This document shows positions 29,844 to 38,451 of a DNA stretch of 64,000 nt, one piece after another. The DNA is from an uncultured virus (IMG/VR IMGVR_UViG_3300020048_000095) (lineage: Duplodnaviria; Heunggongvirae; Uroviricota; Caudoviricetes): the IMG/VR virus record IMGVR_UViG_3300020048_000095; one strand, written 5' to 3'. The translations under genes and the position numbers were made by a program. The notes under the pieces were generated by a model that had not been told where the DNA came from, ran no database searches, and saw nothing but the letters and a program-made list of their open reading frames with translations. Positions within the stretch are counted from its first letter, which is position 1. Every line of letters begins with the position of its first letter.

Positions 29844-30626
29844 TTATGCGTTTTTCATTTGTTCCATAGCAGATATTACATTGTTTTTCATGCTATCGTA
29901 ATTTTCTGGATTAAAAGGAATTCTAGCATTTGTGGCTTTTTGCTCATTTAGATACTCGTTCTCATAATATTTATCGATATATAACTCCTGATTCCATTTG
30001 TCATAAGATATAGCAATCCAACATGTTCCCATAGATTCATCTCTCATCTCAAACGAATGATAATTGCTGCTAGTTTCAATTTTGCCAGTTTGGAAATGTT
30101 CTTTTAAATCTTTCATAAGTCTAGATAGAATGGTCATTTTATCAAAATCAGAGACATATGCTGCGGTAGTTAAAAGATGAGAATATTCGGAATAAATGCC
30201 ATCTCCAGCGATTCTATATCCTTTTTTACCTCTTTTATCCATGCTTGCTAATATTTCTGTATAACTTTTTTCTTTTTTCTTACTAAGGAAATTATTACTT
30301 TCTCCCAATGACATAGTTTTAACTACGCCTTTGCCTCTCGAAGTGAATTTAACATTATCTGTCCCCCCGCTTATAAGACCTCTTGATTTAAGTCTTATAA
30401 TGGTTTGATTGTCTATGTCCATTGATTTTATCTCAAATGTTTCATTATCAATCTTTTTAGCATTGAGCCATATATTCATTACATTATCTGCGTCTGAATC
30501 AGTAACTCCGTATGACAATCCAGAAGCTTCTTTTGGCATGTGGTGAGCTAAAAAAGAAATATCAAGCAATCCATCGCTTTTTATTTTCTCTGTTGGTCCG
30601 TTAACTAATTGGATTGGTACTGGCAT
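29844..30626 (-). CDS. hypothetical protein (possible winged-helix segment)
   Basis: LKSRGLI....VKFTSRGK; AAGGAG RBS. Confidence 0.6.
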   Translation of the reverse strand: MPVPIQLVNGPTEKIKSDGLLDISFLAHHMPKEASGLSYGVTDSDADNVMNIWLNAKKIDNETFEIKSMDIDNQTIIRLKSRGLISGGTDNVKFTSRGKGVVKTMSLGESNNFLSKKKEKSYTEILASMDKRGKKGYRIAGDGIYSEYSHLLTTAAYVSDFDKMTILSRLMKDLKEHFQTGKIETSSNYHSFEMRDESMGTCWIAISYDKWNQELYIDKYYENEYLNEQKATNARIPFNPENYDSMKNNVISAMEQMKNA

Positions 30627-30637
30627 TTTATATCTCC

Positions 30638-31438
30638 TTAACTATTATAACTCTTTTCACAACTTTTACTGCAACATCTCTGTCCTTTTTCTTTGGGCTT
30701 AAATTCAGAACCGCACCATTTACATTCTTCTTTATAATCCTTCCATGCATCGGGACATCCTCTTTCATGAGTTCTAACGCCATTAACCATTACGACTTCA
30801 CAAGAATCGCATTTTTTACCAGCGGAAGTAACGATTTTGGATTTTTTGCCTGAAGCCACTGTTTGTCTATATTCCTGTTCCGCTATTGAAAACCCTATTG
30901 CATTTTTAAGTTCTTTGGGCAATATTGAAAAATCACCAAAATGTTCAACTAAACGCTGTTCATATTGTTGCGGGGTCACATCATAGACTCGTCCACCGGG
31001 GGCTACAATATTATCCATAGCCTTATCAAAACCACTTTGCCCCTCGTATTTCAATATTTCCATATATTTTGAACTATCATTGCCAGCGGAAGTAACGATT
31101 TTTGATTCTTTGCTGGCGGTTGAAATTGGCTGGTCGAATTCCCCCAATTTTCGTTCATCTTCTGATATTGGTCTAAACTCACCATTTTCATACATATTGT
31201 AAACCTTAAGATTATATCGTTTAGCCACGTCAAAAGCGTCTTTAAGACTACGATTGCTGGCAGTTAGAGGAGAACCTTGATGTATTAGCGCAAACCCATC
31301 ATCTGTTTTAGTTATATATGTTTTTGGTCCCAATACGTCAGCAATTTTCATCCATCCAGATCTCTTTCCAATATTTTGCCACTCTTTCTTGGAAATCTTT
31401 ATTGTTTGTTTTCCACTCGCTGTTTTTACTAATTTCAT
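30638..31438 (-). CDS. SKKEW-leader modular protein with a C-terminal Cys-rich zinc-binding module
   Basis: Leader ISKKEWQNIGKRSGWMKIA; two SKIVTSAG linkers; CDSC...HERGC...CKWC...CCSKSC. Confidence 0.75.
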   Translation of the reverse strand: MKLVKTASGKQTIKISKKEWQNIGKRSGWMKIADVLGPKTYITKTDDGFALIHQGSPLTASNRSLKDAFDVAKRYNLKVYNMYENGEFRPISEDERKLGEFDQPISTASKESKIVTSAGNDSSKYMEILKYEGQSGFDKAMDNIVAPGGRVYDVTPQQYEQRLVEHFGDFSILPKELKNAIGFSIAEQEYRQTVASGKKSKIVTSAGKKCDSCEVVMVNGVRTHERGCPDAWKDYKEECKWCGSEFKPKEKGQRCCSKSCEKSYNS

Positions 31439-31459
31439 TTTTCTTCTCCTTATTTTATA

Positions 31460-31792
31460 TTATACTTGTATTGCATTGGATTCATGAACCAGTATGCCAC
31501 TATCTATTAAAAGATAGTATTCCCTGTCATGCCAAACTGCATTAAATATTTTGCCCACATTATCTTTTAAAAATTTTTTGTCATTTTCAAAATCAAGAGG
31601 CGCTCCAGAGGGAAATTCGTTAGCACCATTGTCTACCAATTTAATTTTTACCGTTTGTTCCCATGGAAATTGTTTTTTTTCTGGACTTACAACTTGAGCT
31701 TTTTTCATCCAACCAGCTTTTTTACCTATACTTGTCCACTCTTTTTTAGACAAAACCAATTTCTGTTTCTTGTTTGCCGTCACAATTTTCAT
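31460..31792 (-). CDS. SKKEW-leader small protein
   Basis: LSKKEWTSIGKKAGWMKKAQ; AAGGAG RBS. Confidence 0.75.
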   Translation of the reverse strand: MKIVTANKKQKLVLSKKEWTSIGKKAGWMKKAQVVSPEKKQFPWEQTVKIKLVDNGANEFPSGAPLDFENDKKFLKDNVGKIFNAVWHDREYYLLIDSGILVHESNAIQV

Positions 31793-31800
31793 AATTCTCC

Positions 31801-34242
31801 TTATTCTATTTTCTTAATTTTCCACAACCCAAAAGCATCAAATAATTTATCAGCCTCATATTTACCTTCAGCCTTTATACTCTCTCTAGCAAATAATAAT
31901 TCAAAGTCAGTATATTGACCTTTAAATAATCTTCCACCATATGATATCATTGTCCTTTCTAAATCTGCATCTATTTTCATTTTATACTTCAAAACCAACT
32001 TCAAAGCCCGAAGAATTAAAATTGGATTATTCTTGATAATAGCTTCTGATTTCAAAAGAGTCTCAACCGTCTTATTTCTCATAGCGCTCTTAGCAACCTT
32101 AAACGGATCTAATATCTCTTTGCTGAAAACGTTATAAACAAACATATTTATAGTAAAATCTCTGTTTAATAAATCAATCATTATCTGATTATTATTTTTA
32201 ACCTTCAACAATGAAAGACGAGCTATCTCTTCCTTTTTATTGACCAAACTAAACTCAACCTTAACGCCTTTATAAGCAAAAGTTAATTTTGTATCAATCT
32301 CTGGCGTTATACCAAGAGTGTCAGCTAACAATTGACCAACCTTTGCATTTTTAAAAGGCGACTCAGTAGAAAAATCAAGTTCCTCTACATCAGGCTTATC
32401 ATTCCCGTACGCTCTTTCTCTAGCATACGTTCCTATTACACACAAATCATCAATTCCATACTTTTTACTAATTAAAGCGGCTGCATTTACTATCTCTTCT
32501 ACCGCACCGACCCTATAACTAGAAAAACCAAGCAAATCTTCCACCAAATCATCTAAAGCGTCTGGAGCGGCTGACATTTGAAATTTTCCTTCTGCTTTTT
32601 TCAAAGTTTCAGAATCAACAGATGGATCGACTATCCAAACTGCGTAGATAGGCTCATTTTGCTCTGTCTTGCCAAATTTAAAAGCCTTTATATTAACACC
32701 TTCGCACTCTACCGTCTTTCGTACAAATTGGAATATATCGCTAGTTATGATAAGTCTAGACGCTTTCATTTTGCCAGACAGTATCCTATCCTTTATGGTT
32801 TCCAAAATATTAAGCATTTTTGGCATATCGGATTCAGAATCAATTTGAGCAAATCTTTTGGCAGGATGAGTATTCGATAAATCTTGCGTCATATCATCCC
32901 ACAATTGAGGCTTAAATCGCGGTTCAATCCATCTGTAATAAAACCCCTTCAAGTCATAAGATGGATTATAACGGGGCTGTTCCCTTATATCTGATTCTTC
33001 CGCGCTAAATGATTCATCCCTATCATCCCACTTCATTACCCTGTCGCCCATTCCTTGAAGCGTAGAGCCATCGGAAATATCAAGATTATTGTACCATCCG
33101 AACAAAGTTGCTTCTTTTTTGATTTTAGAAGCTGTTTTTTCTAAAGGAACCATAATGGGTTGCGGTCTACGTTCTTCCATTAACTGTTCCAATGTTTTAT
33201 AGCCTTGCGTACTATCTCTATCTTTAGCCAATAATTCTTCATAAATCAATGAAGCGTCTGGAACACAATCGCCCTCTGTTTGTCTTCTAAGTTGCTCTTC
33301 TATAGTTTGATGTTCTTGAACCAATCCTTTAGCTAACGGCCATACAAAACCTCTTCCCAATCTATTTTCAATTGGTTCTTTTTGATTTTGCTGCATCATC
33401 ATACCCCAATCAGCTAAATTGCCAGCTCCTGTTGGGATTTGTCCACCTCTACCTGATAAATCCGATCCTGTTGGTTTATTCATGACGTGACTTGGGATAT
33501 AATTCATATATTGAGCGAATCTATACCAACTTCTGTTTTTTGCTAAAGTGGAATTACCTACAGGCATTTCCTCTCCAGACTCATCCTTATACTTCTGTTT
33601 AATTATTGGCATGGTGGAATTAACAAAATCTCTTTCTCTGCCTTCCGAAGCTCCTTCATCTCCGCCCCTTGAATGTTCCCACTCATGAATTATTGTGGCT
33701 CCTAGTTCTAGCATTGTCAACATATCCCATAACAATTGAGGATTTGAGATAGGAACTCCTGCGTTTTCGGCAGCAGTTATTAATTGTTTCATGTTTGCTT
33801 CAGTTGAGCTTTTGACCTTATTCATATTAACGCCAAGCACTTCGCTTTTTCCTGCGTTTATTCGGTCCCATAATTGTTTAATCTCTGCTTTTATTTTTTC
33901 GTTATCTTCTTTAGAACCATCTTTTGGATAGGCCACCATCATACCGTTTTCTTCTTTAACTTCATAATTTCTTTGTTCCAACTGTTTTTTAAGTTCATTG
34001 GTTTTAACTTCTTCTACTAATGCTGGTATATAAACGCCATACGCTCCTTGATTAGAAAAGTCAAAAATATAAGAAACTTCTCTAGATATATCTGGTGCGT
34101 ACTGATAGACCAGATTCATTGTGTCGGATGTTCTTGAAAAAGAGGAGGATAGCTGAGAGAAGTCAACGCCTCCGCCGGGACTATATGTAGGCATTGTTCC
34201 TTGATAATACTCTGAATAATTACTTTGAGATTTCTTTTGCAT
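31801..34242 (-). CDS. multidomain protein: HEXXH region plus C-terminal CCA-adding/poly(A)-polymerase-like domain
   Basis: IIHEWEH; C-terminal VIGTYARE...EELDF, DLLNRDFTIN, ILDPF, NPILILRA. Confidence 0.7.
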   Translation of the reverse strand: MQKKSQSNYSEYYQGTMPTYSPGGGVDFSQLSSSFSRTSDTMNLVYQYAPDISREVSYIFDFSNQGAYGVYIPALVEEVKTNELKKQLEQRNYEVKEENGMMVAYPKDGSKEDNEKIKAEIKQLWDRINAGKSEVLGVNMNKVKSSTEANMKQLITAAENAGVPISNPQLLWDMLTMLELGATIIHEWEHSRGGDEGASEGRERDFVNSTMPIIKQKYKDESGEEMPVGNSTLAKNRSWYRFAQYMNYIPSHVMNKPTGSDLSGRGGQIPTGAGNLADWGMMMQQNQKEPIENRLGRGFVWPLAKGLVQEHQTIEEQLRRQTEGDCVPDASLIYEELLAKDRDSTQGYKTLEQLMEERRPQPIMVPLEKTASKIKKEATLFGWYNNLDISDGSTLQGMGDRVMKWDDRDESFSAEESDIREQPRYNPSYDLKGFYYRWIEPRFKPQLWDDMTQDLSNTHPAKRFAQIDSESDMPKMLNILETIKDRILSGKMKASRLIITSDIFQFVRKTVECEGVNIKAFKFGKTEQNEPIYAVWIVDPSVDSETLKKAEGKFQMSAAPDALDDLVEDLLGFSSYRVGAVEEIVNAAALISKKYGIDDLCVIGTYARERAYGNDKPDVEELDFSTESPFKNAKVGQLLADTLGITPEIDTKLTFAYKGVKVEFSLVNKKEEIARLSLLKVKNNNQIMIDLLNRDFTINMFVYNVFSKEILDPFKVAKSAMRNKTVETLLKSEAIIKNNPILILRALKLVLKYKMKIDADLERTMISYGGRLFKGQYTDFELLFARESIKAEGKYEADKLFDAFGLWKIKKIE

Positions 34243-34284
34243 AATATTTATTTTCTATTTTTCCTTTGAATTATCCTTTGAAAC

Positions 34285-34319
34285 AAAAAAGCGACAAATT
34301 GCATTAATTTGTCGCTTTT
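34285..34319 (-). terminator. intrinsic terminator
   Basis: Stem AAAAGCGACAAATT/AATTTGTCGCTTTT with U-run on the - strand. Confidence 0.75.
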
Positions 34320-34342
34320 GCTGATTAGATAAGTTTTACTTT

Positions 34343-34648
34343 TCAAACCCCATAACCAAAATGCAACTCTTTTTGTTTTTCAGCCCTTTCTTCCTCTTCA
34401 AAATTATCAATGGGACGATAACGCTTGCTTTTTTTAGCCTGCTTCTCTTCAAAATATTCGCAAGTCTTACCAGAATCACAATCCACAGCTAATTCGCCAA
34501 ATCCGTTAATTTCAGCATTCAAAAGATCTTTTACAATTTCATCATCAATCCCATCACCACAAGAACTTCCTCCTTGATGACTTAATATCTTAGCTGAATA
34601 ACCACCATTTTGCTTGTTTACCGTCAAACGAACTATAACATCGCCCAT
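34343..34648 (-). CDS. DUF2997-like small protein
   Basis: N-terminal beta-hairpin ...GGSSC and KTCEYFEE resemble the DUF2997 G..C / T.EY[YF] pattern. Confidence 0.45.
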   Translation of the reverse strand: MGDVIVRLTVNKQNGGYSAKILSHQGGSSCGDGIDDEIVKDLLNAEINGFGELAVDCDSGKTCEYFEEKQAKKSKRYRPIDNFEEEERAEKQKELHFGYGV

Positions 34649-34678
34649 AATGCCCCTTTAACAATTATTTCACCAACA

Positions 34679-35752
34679 TTATTCTGTAACTATGTTATTT
34701 ATTATACAGAAATTTCGTATATAATTGGAAGGCAGACCTACGTTCAACCCATATTCGCCGTTTTGAGCAACAATGGAAGTCAACATGCCTACGACCTTGC
34801 CGCTATTAACATTTACTATTGGTCCGCCACTATTGCCATGAAAAACAGGAGCGTCAATAAAGAAGTACTTTGGAGCACCACGATGTCCATATATCTGCTT
34901 TCCAATTGAACCTATATTGCCAAACGAAACATTGTTCTCAAAACCATGCGGACTTCCTATTGTCAATATATCGTCACCTACCTGCATTGAATCAACATCT
35001 AACTGGAATGGGTCTAAATCTATGTTTGCCTGTAAAATTGCAATATCTAACGAACCATTTATTGCAATTACACTAGCTGGAATCTTTATTCCGTTTTGAA
35101 TTATACTTATTTGCAATCTATCTGCGTAATCAATAGAATCAAAATTGTTTTCAGCATTTTTGTCATACTTCAAAATCACATGAGCGCAGGTTACAAATAT
35201 ATTGGGAGCTACACAAAATGCGGCTCCAGTTTCCTTAAGGGAGTTTTGAGTGTCTATTGATTCAACTTTAAACGTTTTCTTCAAAGATAAAGAAACGATT
35301 TGAGTTCTGTCTTGAGATTGAGCTACTTTTGCAACCCATTTTATAGGAATGCCTTTCTGCTTCATTTTCTCACGGAATTCCTGAACTAAAGCGAAAGATG
35401 GGAATGTTTTAGAACCACCTGGAGTTTTAACTTTCCACGATTCTGTTTCATCAATTAACGGTCTGGTCATCTTTGTAAGTATCTCAAAGTCTCTTTCACG
35501 ACGCTTATACATGTCCCCGTCTTCTACGAACGAACCAGGTATGTCTTCTCCTTTTCCCCACGGTCCATTCGCGTCTGGTAAAGTATATTTATCGCCATTT
35601 AAAACATCTTGAATGGTAGGAACGTTATTGGTAGGTATTATTGACTTATTGGTAGCTGGAGAAAGTCCAGTTCCTGGCGCTATTATCTCTGGCATAAAGG
35701 TTCTGGCAATTTTTTCAATTTTTTCAGTTTTTTGAATTTTTATCGTCCTCAT
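34679..35752 (-). CDS. trypsin-like (S1) serine protease with N-terminal extension
   Basis: Catalytic triad motifs TCAHV, DIAIL, GNSGGP. Confidence 0.9.
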   Translation of the reverse strand: MRTIKIQKTEKIEKIARTFMPEIIAPGTGLSPATNKSIIPTNNVPTIQDVLNGDKYTLPDANGPWGKGEDIPGSFVEDGDMYKRRERDFEILTKMTRPLIDETESWKVKTPGGSKTFPSFALVQEFREKMKQKGIPIKWVAKVAQSQDRTQIVSLSLKKTFKVESIDTQNSLKETGAAFCVAPNIFVTCAHVILKYDKNAENNFDSIDYADRLQISIIQNGIKIPASVIAINGSLDIAILQANIDLDPFQLDVDSMQVGDDILTIGSPHGFENNVSFGNIGSIGKQIYGHRGAPKYFFIDAPVFHGNSGGPIVNVNSGKVVGMLTSIVAQNGEYGLNVGLPSNYIRNFCIINNIVTE

Positions 35753-35789
35753 GATGAATATATTTCAATTTATCCATCGAAAAACCTTT

Positions 35790-36920
35790 TTAGTACTCCA
35801 AAAACTCCAATCCATCGTCGTTGTCATGGTCGGCGTCATTTTCGTCAATCAAAATAGATCCTTCTCGTTCATCCTCTTCTTCATCTATAAATTTTACGCC
35901 TCTATCTTTAATTTGCTCTGCTTCTGGAATTACAGAATTTTTCATAGAGACAGATTGAGCACTCCCCTCTCCGCAAGAAACAACCGCCTTAAGACCCATT
36001 CTCTCTGATAAATCCAATTTGCTTTCATCAATCGGTTCAGAATCCCTACTTTCTTTTTCTTCCAGATTCAACTTTTCCATTGCATCAATAGAAGCCTTGG
36101 TTGATTCACTCTCGTTTATATCACCAATTGCATTTCTCTTCATTTGCCCCGTTCTAGGTCCGTCAGCAGTCATTACAACCACATCGGAACCATCCTTCAA
36201 CCCGACATTAGAACTTTTAGTTATTTTCTTAGGAGTAATTGGATTTTTGACTTCTTCTTTTTGTTTAACGCCCTTAACATTTTTAGAACCCTTTGGTCTT
36301 CCACGCTTTCCAACAACCTTTGATTCTTCAACGTCATCAACGCTTGAATCATCATTGGACTTCAAATCTTCGGTGCAGTCATTAGTTGAAGTCATACCTT
36401 CCCCATTATCTGTGTCTACAATCTGTACTTCAAAAGCATGATGAGTAACAATTGTAAGATTAGGATCACTAGATTCTCCAGCTTCAATATATTCATTTTC
36501 ATAAGCCTTGCGTTCAAACTCAACATCTGTCTCAAAACATTCGTCAATATCCGCAACAGCCTGACAATCTTCAATGCCATCATCCGAATCAAACAAGACA
36601 ATGCCGGGCAAATCATCATAATATTCTTGAACCTTTTGCTTTTTCTGTTCATTCGATAAAACTACAGGAACAATATCAAAAGGGTTATCTCCACACACCT
36701 CAATGATTGGCTTTTTCTGTTCAATCGGCTCTTCGCTCTCAACAGTAATAAATTTAGCGTTGACCAAACAATTTATTTCATTCTGCTTGTCTACAGTATC
36801 AATGTCAATATGATAAGCGCAACTGCCAGAATCATTTTTATTTGAATTCCCACGAACAATAATGCCAAGAGTATTGAATGCAATCGTTGAATCAGTAATT
36901 CCCTTAATCGTAACTTTCAT
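35790..36920 (-). CDS. hypothetical acidic protein
   Basis: 376-aa ORF, AGGAG RBS, AT-hook-like KRGRPKGSK, and a portal-derived 13-aa segment. Confidence 0.7.
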   Translation of the reverse strand: MKVTIKGITDSTIAFNTLGIIVRGNSNKNDSGSCAYHIDIDTVDKQNEINCLVNAKFITVESEEPIEQKKPIIEVCGDNPFDIVPVVLSNEQKKQKVQEYYDDLPGIVLFDSDDGIEDCQAVADIDECFETDVEFERKAYENEYIEAGESSDPNLTIVTHHAFEVQIVDTDNGEGMTSTNDCTEDLKSNDDSSVDDVEESKVVGKRGRPKGSKNVKGVKQKEEVKNPITPKKITKSSNVGLKDGSDVVVMTADGPRTGQMKRNAIGDINESESTKASIDAMEKLNLEEKESRDSEPIDESKLDLSERMGLKAVVSCGEGSAQSVSMKNSVIPEAEQIKDRGVKFIDEEEDEREGSILIDENDADHDNDDGLEFLEY

Positions 36921-37176
36921 ATAAATCTCCTATAATATAATTGATTTCACCTTCCTCAATTTATATTATACAGAAAAAATTATAGTTCTAAGAAATCTAA
37001 AGAAATATTCTTACGACCAAGTTCTTTTTTAATCTTAGCCAGTAGATGAACTCTATCTTGACCTTTTATCTCACAAACATCAATAGTTTCTTGAAGTTCC
37101 TTATTTGACTTCTCGAAATTGAATTCATCAAAGTTTTTCAAGAAAGAATCAGCAATCTTATCAATTCTTTCCCTAT

Positions 37177-38376
37177 CTAATTTTTTTTTGTGTTAGACAA
37201 TACGACAATGTCAAAATCCGTAGACGCTATTGGCTTACCAACAACATTCTCCCAACTTTCAGGAGCTTTACGTTTAGGACGCTTACGAGAAACTTCACCA
37301 ACGAAGCTAATTTCGCCACTTAAAAGTTTTTCTAAATCAAGTCCGTCACTTTCAACCGAGATATTATTGTGTTTGGCAAGAATTGCATCCATAACCTGAC
37401 TGCGAACATCGTCGTCATCCATAGATTGAACAAGTTCCATTGATTGAGGATCTACATTTACCGTTCCAAGAACAATCCCATCAACATCGGTCTGTTGTAA
37501 ATCTGAAACAATAAACGGATTATCACCCATTAAATCTGGATCAGACTCTTCCGCCATATTACCTTTTGGATAAAACTCGTCACCAAACAAGCGAGCCACT
37601 ACCTGATCAGCCTTAACCTTGAAAGATTCGGGCGTAAATCCAGAAACGTTCGCAAGATATCCATAACCTTCATCTATAACCATATTATAGGCAGCTTCTT
37701 GCAATTCTTCGGGACTAAGTTGAGCGCCAGACTGCGTAATGTCAAGAACCGCATACAAACCTTTACCTATCGGACTGTCAACGGGTCTAATTTCTGCAAT
37801 CGACAAAGGCTTACCACCATTATCGTTAACAACATCCTCATCGGGAGAATCCATGATATCCAAATCAAAATCCTGATCTTCCAGAACGCCATCTTCATCT
37901 GCACCAGCCCAAGCAGAATCATTAGTCCGATCCCATCTATCTCCACCTTCAAAATCCAACTCGTCTGAAGCCGTTACAACTTTCTTATTCGCACTTGCCT
38001 TAAGTTTATCCCACCAACGCTTATTAGACGGAGTTGACGATGCCGCTTCATATTTTTCCTTTTCCTGAGGCTTCTTGCTCAAACGTTGCTGTTCAACCTT
38101 ATTTAAATCGCCAGAATGAGCTTCGGCGTTTCTATGCTTATGCAATCCGCCCTTAGAATCATTAAGCCCTTTCTCAATTATCTTGTCAGAACTCCCCAAA
38201 CGCTTAGACTCCAATAAGGCTTCCATTGTAGAATTCTTTTCTGGCACTCTATTTTTCTCTAGTTGCTTTTGAGTTATAGAAGTTGGAGCCTCCGAATGTT
38301 CACCCTTCAATCTCTGCTCAGTATGTTTGTTACCTTCATTGCTTTTTTCTGCAAATTTTTTCAAATTAAACTTCAT
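37177..38376 (-). CDS. FNLKK-leader head-module protein (possible -1 frameshift extension to 36980)
   Basis: MKFNLKKFAEK start with RBS; T-x-[EQ]-x-x-L repeats; ends ACA AAA AAA AAT TAG. Confidence 0.75.
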   Translation of the reverse strand: MKFNLKKFAEKSNEGNKHTEQRLKGEHSEAPTSITQKQLEKNRVPEKNSTMEALLESKRLGSSDKIIEKGLNDSKGGLHKHRNAEAHSGDLNKVEQQRLSKKPQEKEKYEAASSTPSNKRWWDKLKASANKKVVTASDELDFEGGDRWDRTNDSAWAGADEDGVLEDQDFDLDIMDSPDEDVVNDNGGKPLSIAEIRPVDSPIGKGLYAVLDITQSGAQLSPEELQEAAYNMVIDEGYGYLANVSGFTPESFKVKADQVVARLFGDEFYPKGNMAEESDPDLMGDNPFIVSDLQQTDVDGIVLGTVNVDPQSMELVQSMDDDDVRSQVMDAILAKHNNISVESDGLDLEKLLSGEISFVGEVSRKRPKRKAPESWENVVGKPIASTDFDIVVLSNTKKN

Positions 38377-38451
38377 AATTCATCTCCTTATTATTGATAT
38401 GGACATCCCCTCAAACTTTTTTCTATAAACAAAATAAAAAATCCTTTATTT

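Noticed and set aside
20856..36468. 40-bp duplicate as a DGR template/variable repeat pair
   Set aside because: Too short, only one difference, and no reverse transcriptase in the window.
36640..37530. GDNPF / FDIV(P)VVLSN peptide resemblance between the 35790 and 37177 genes
   Set aside because: Short, low-complexity, and the DNA differs at most synonymous sites; cannot be told from chance.
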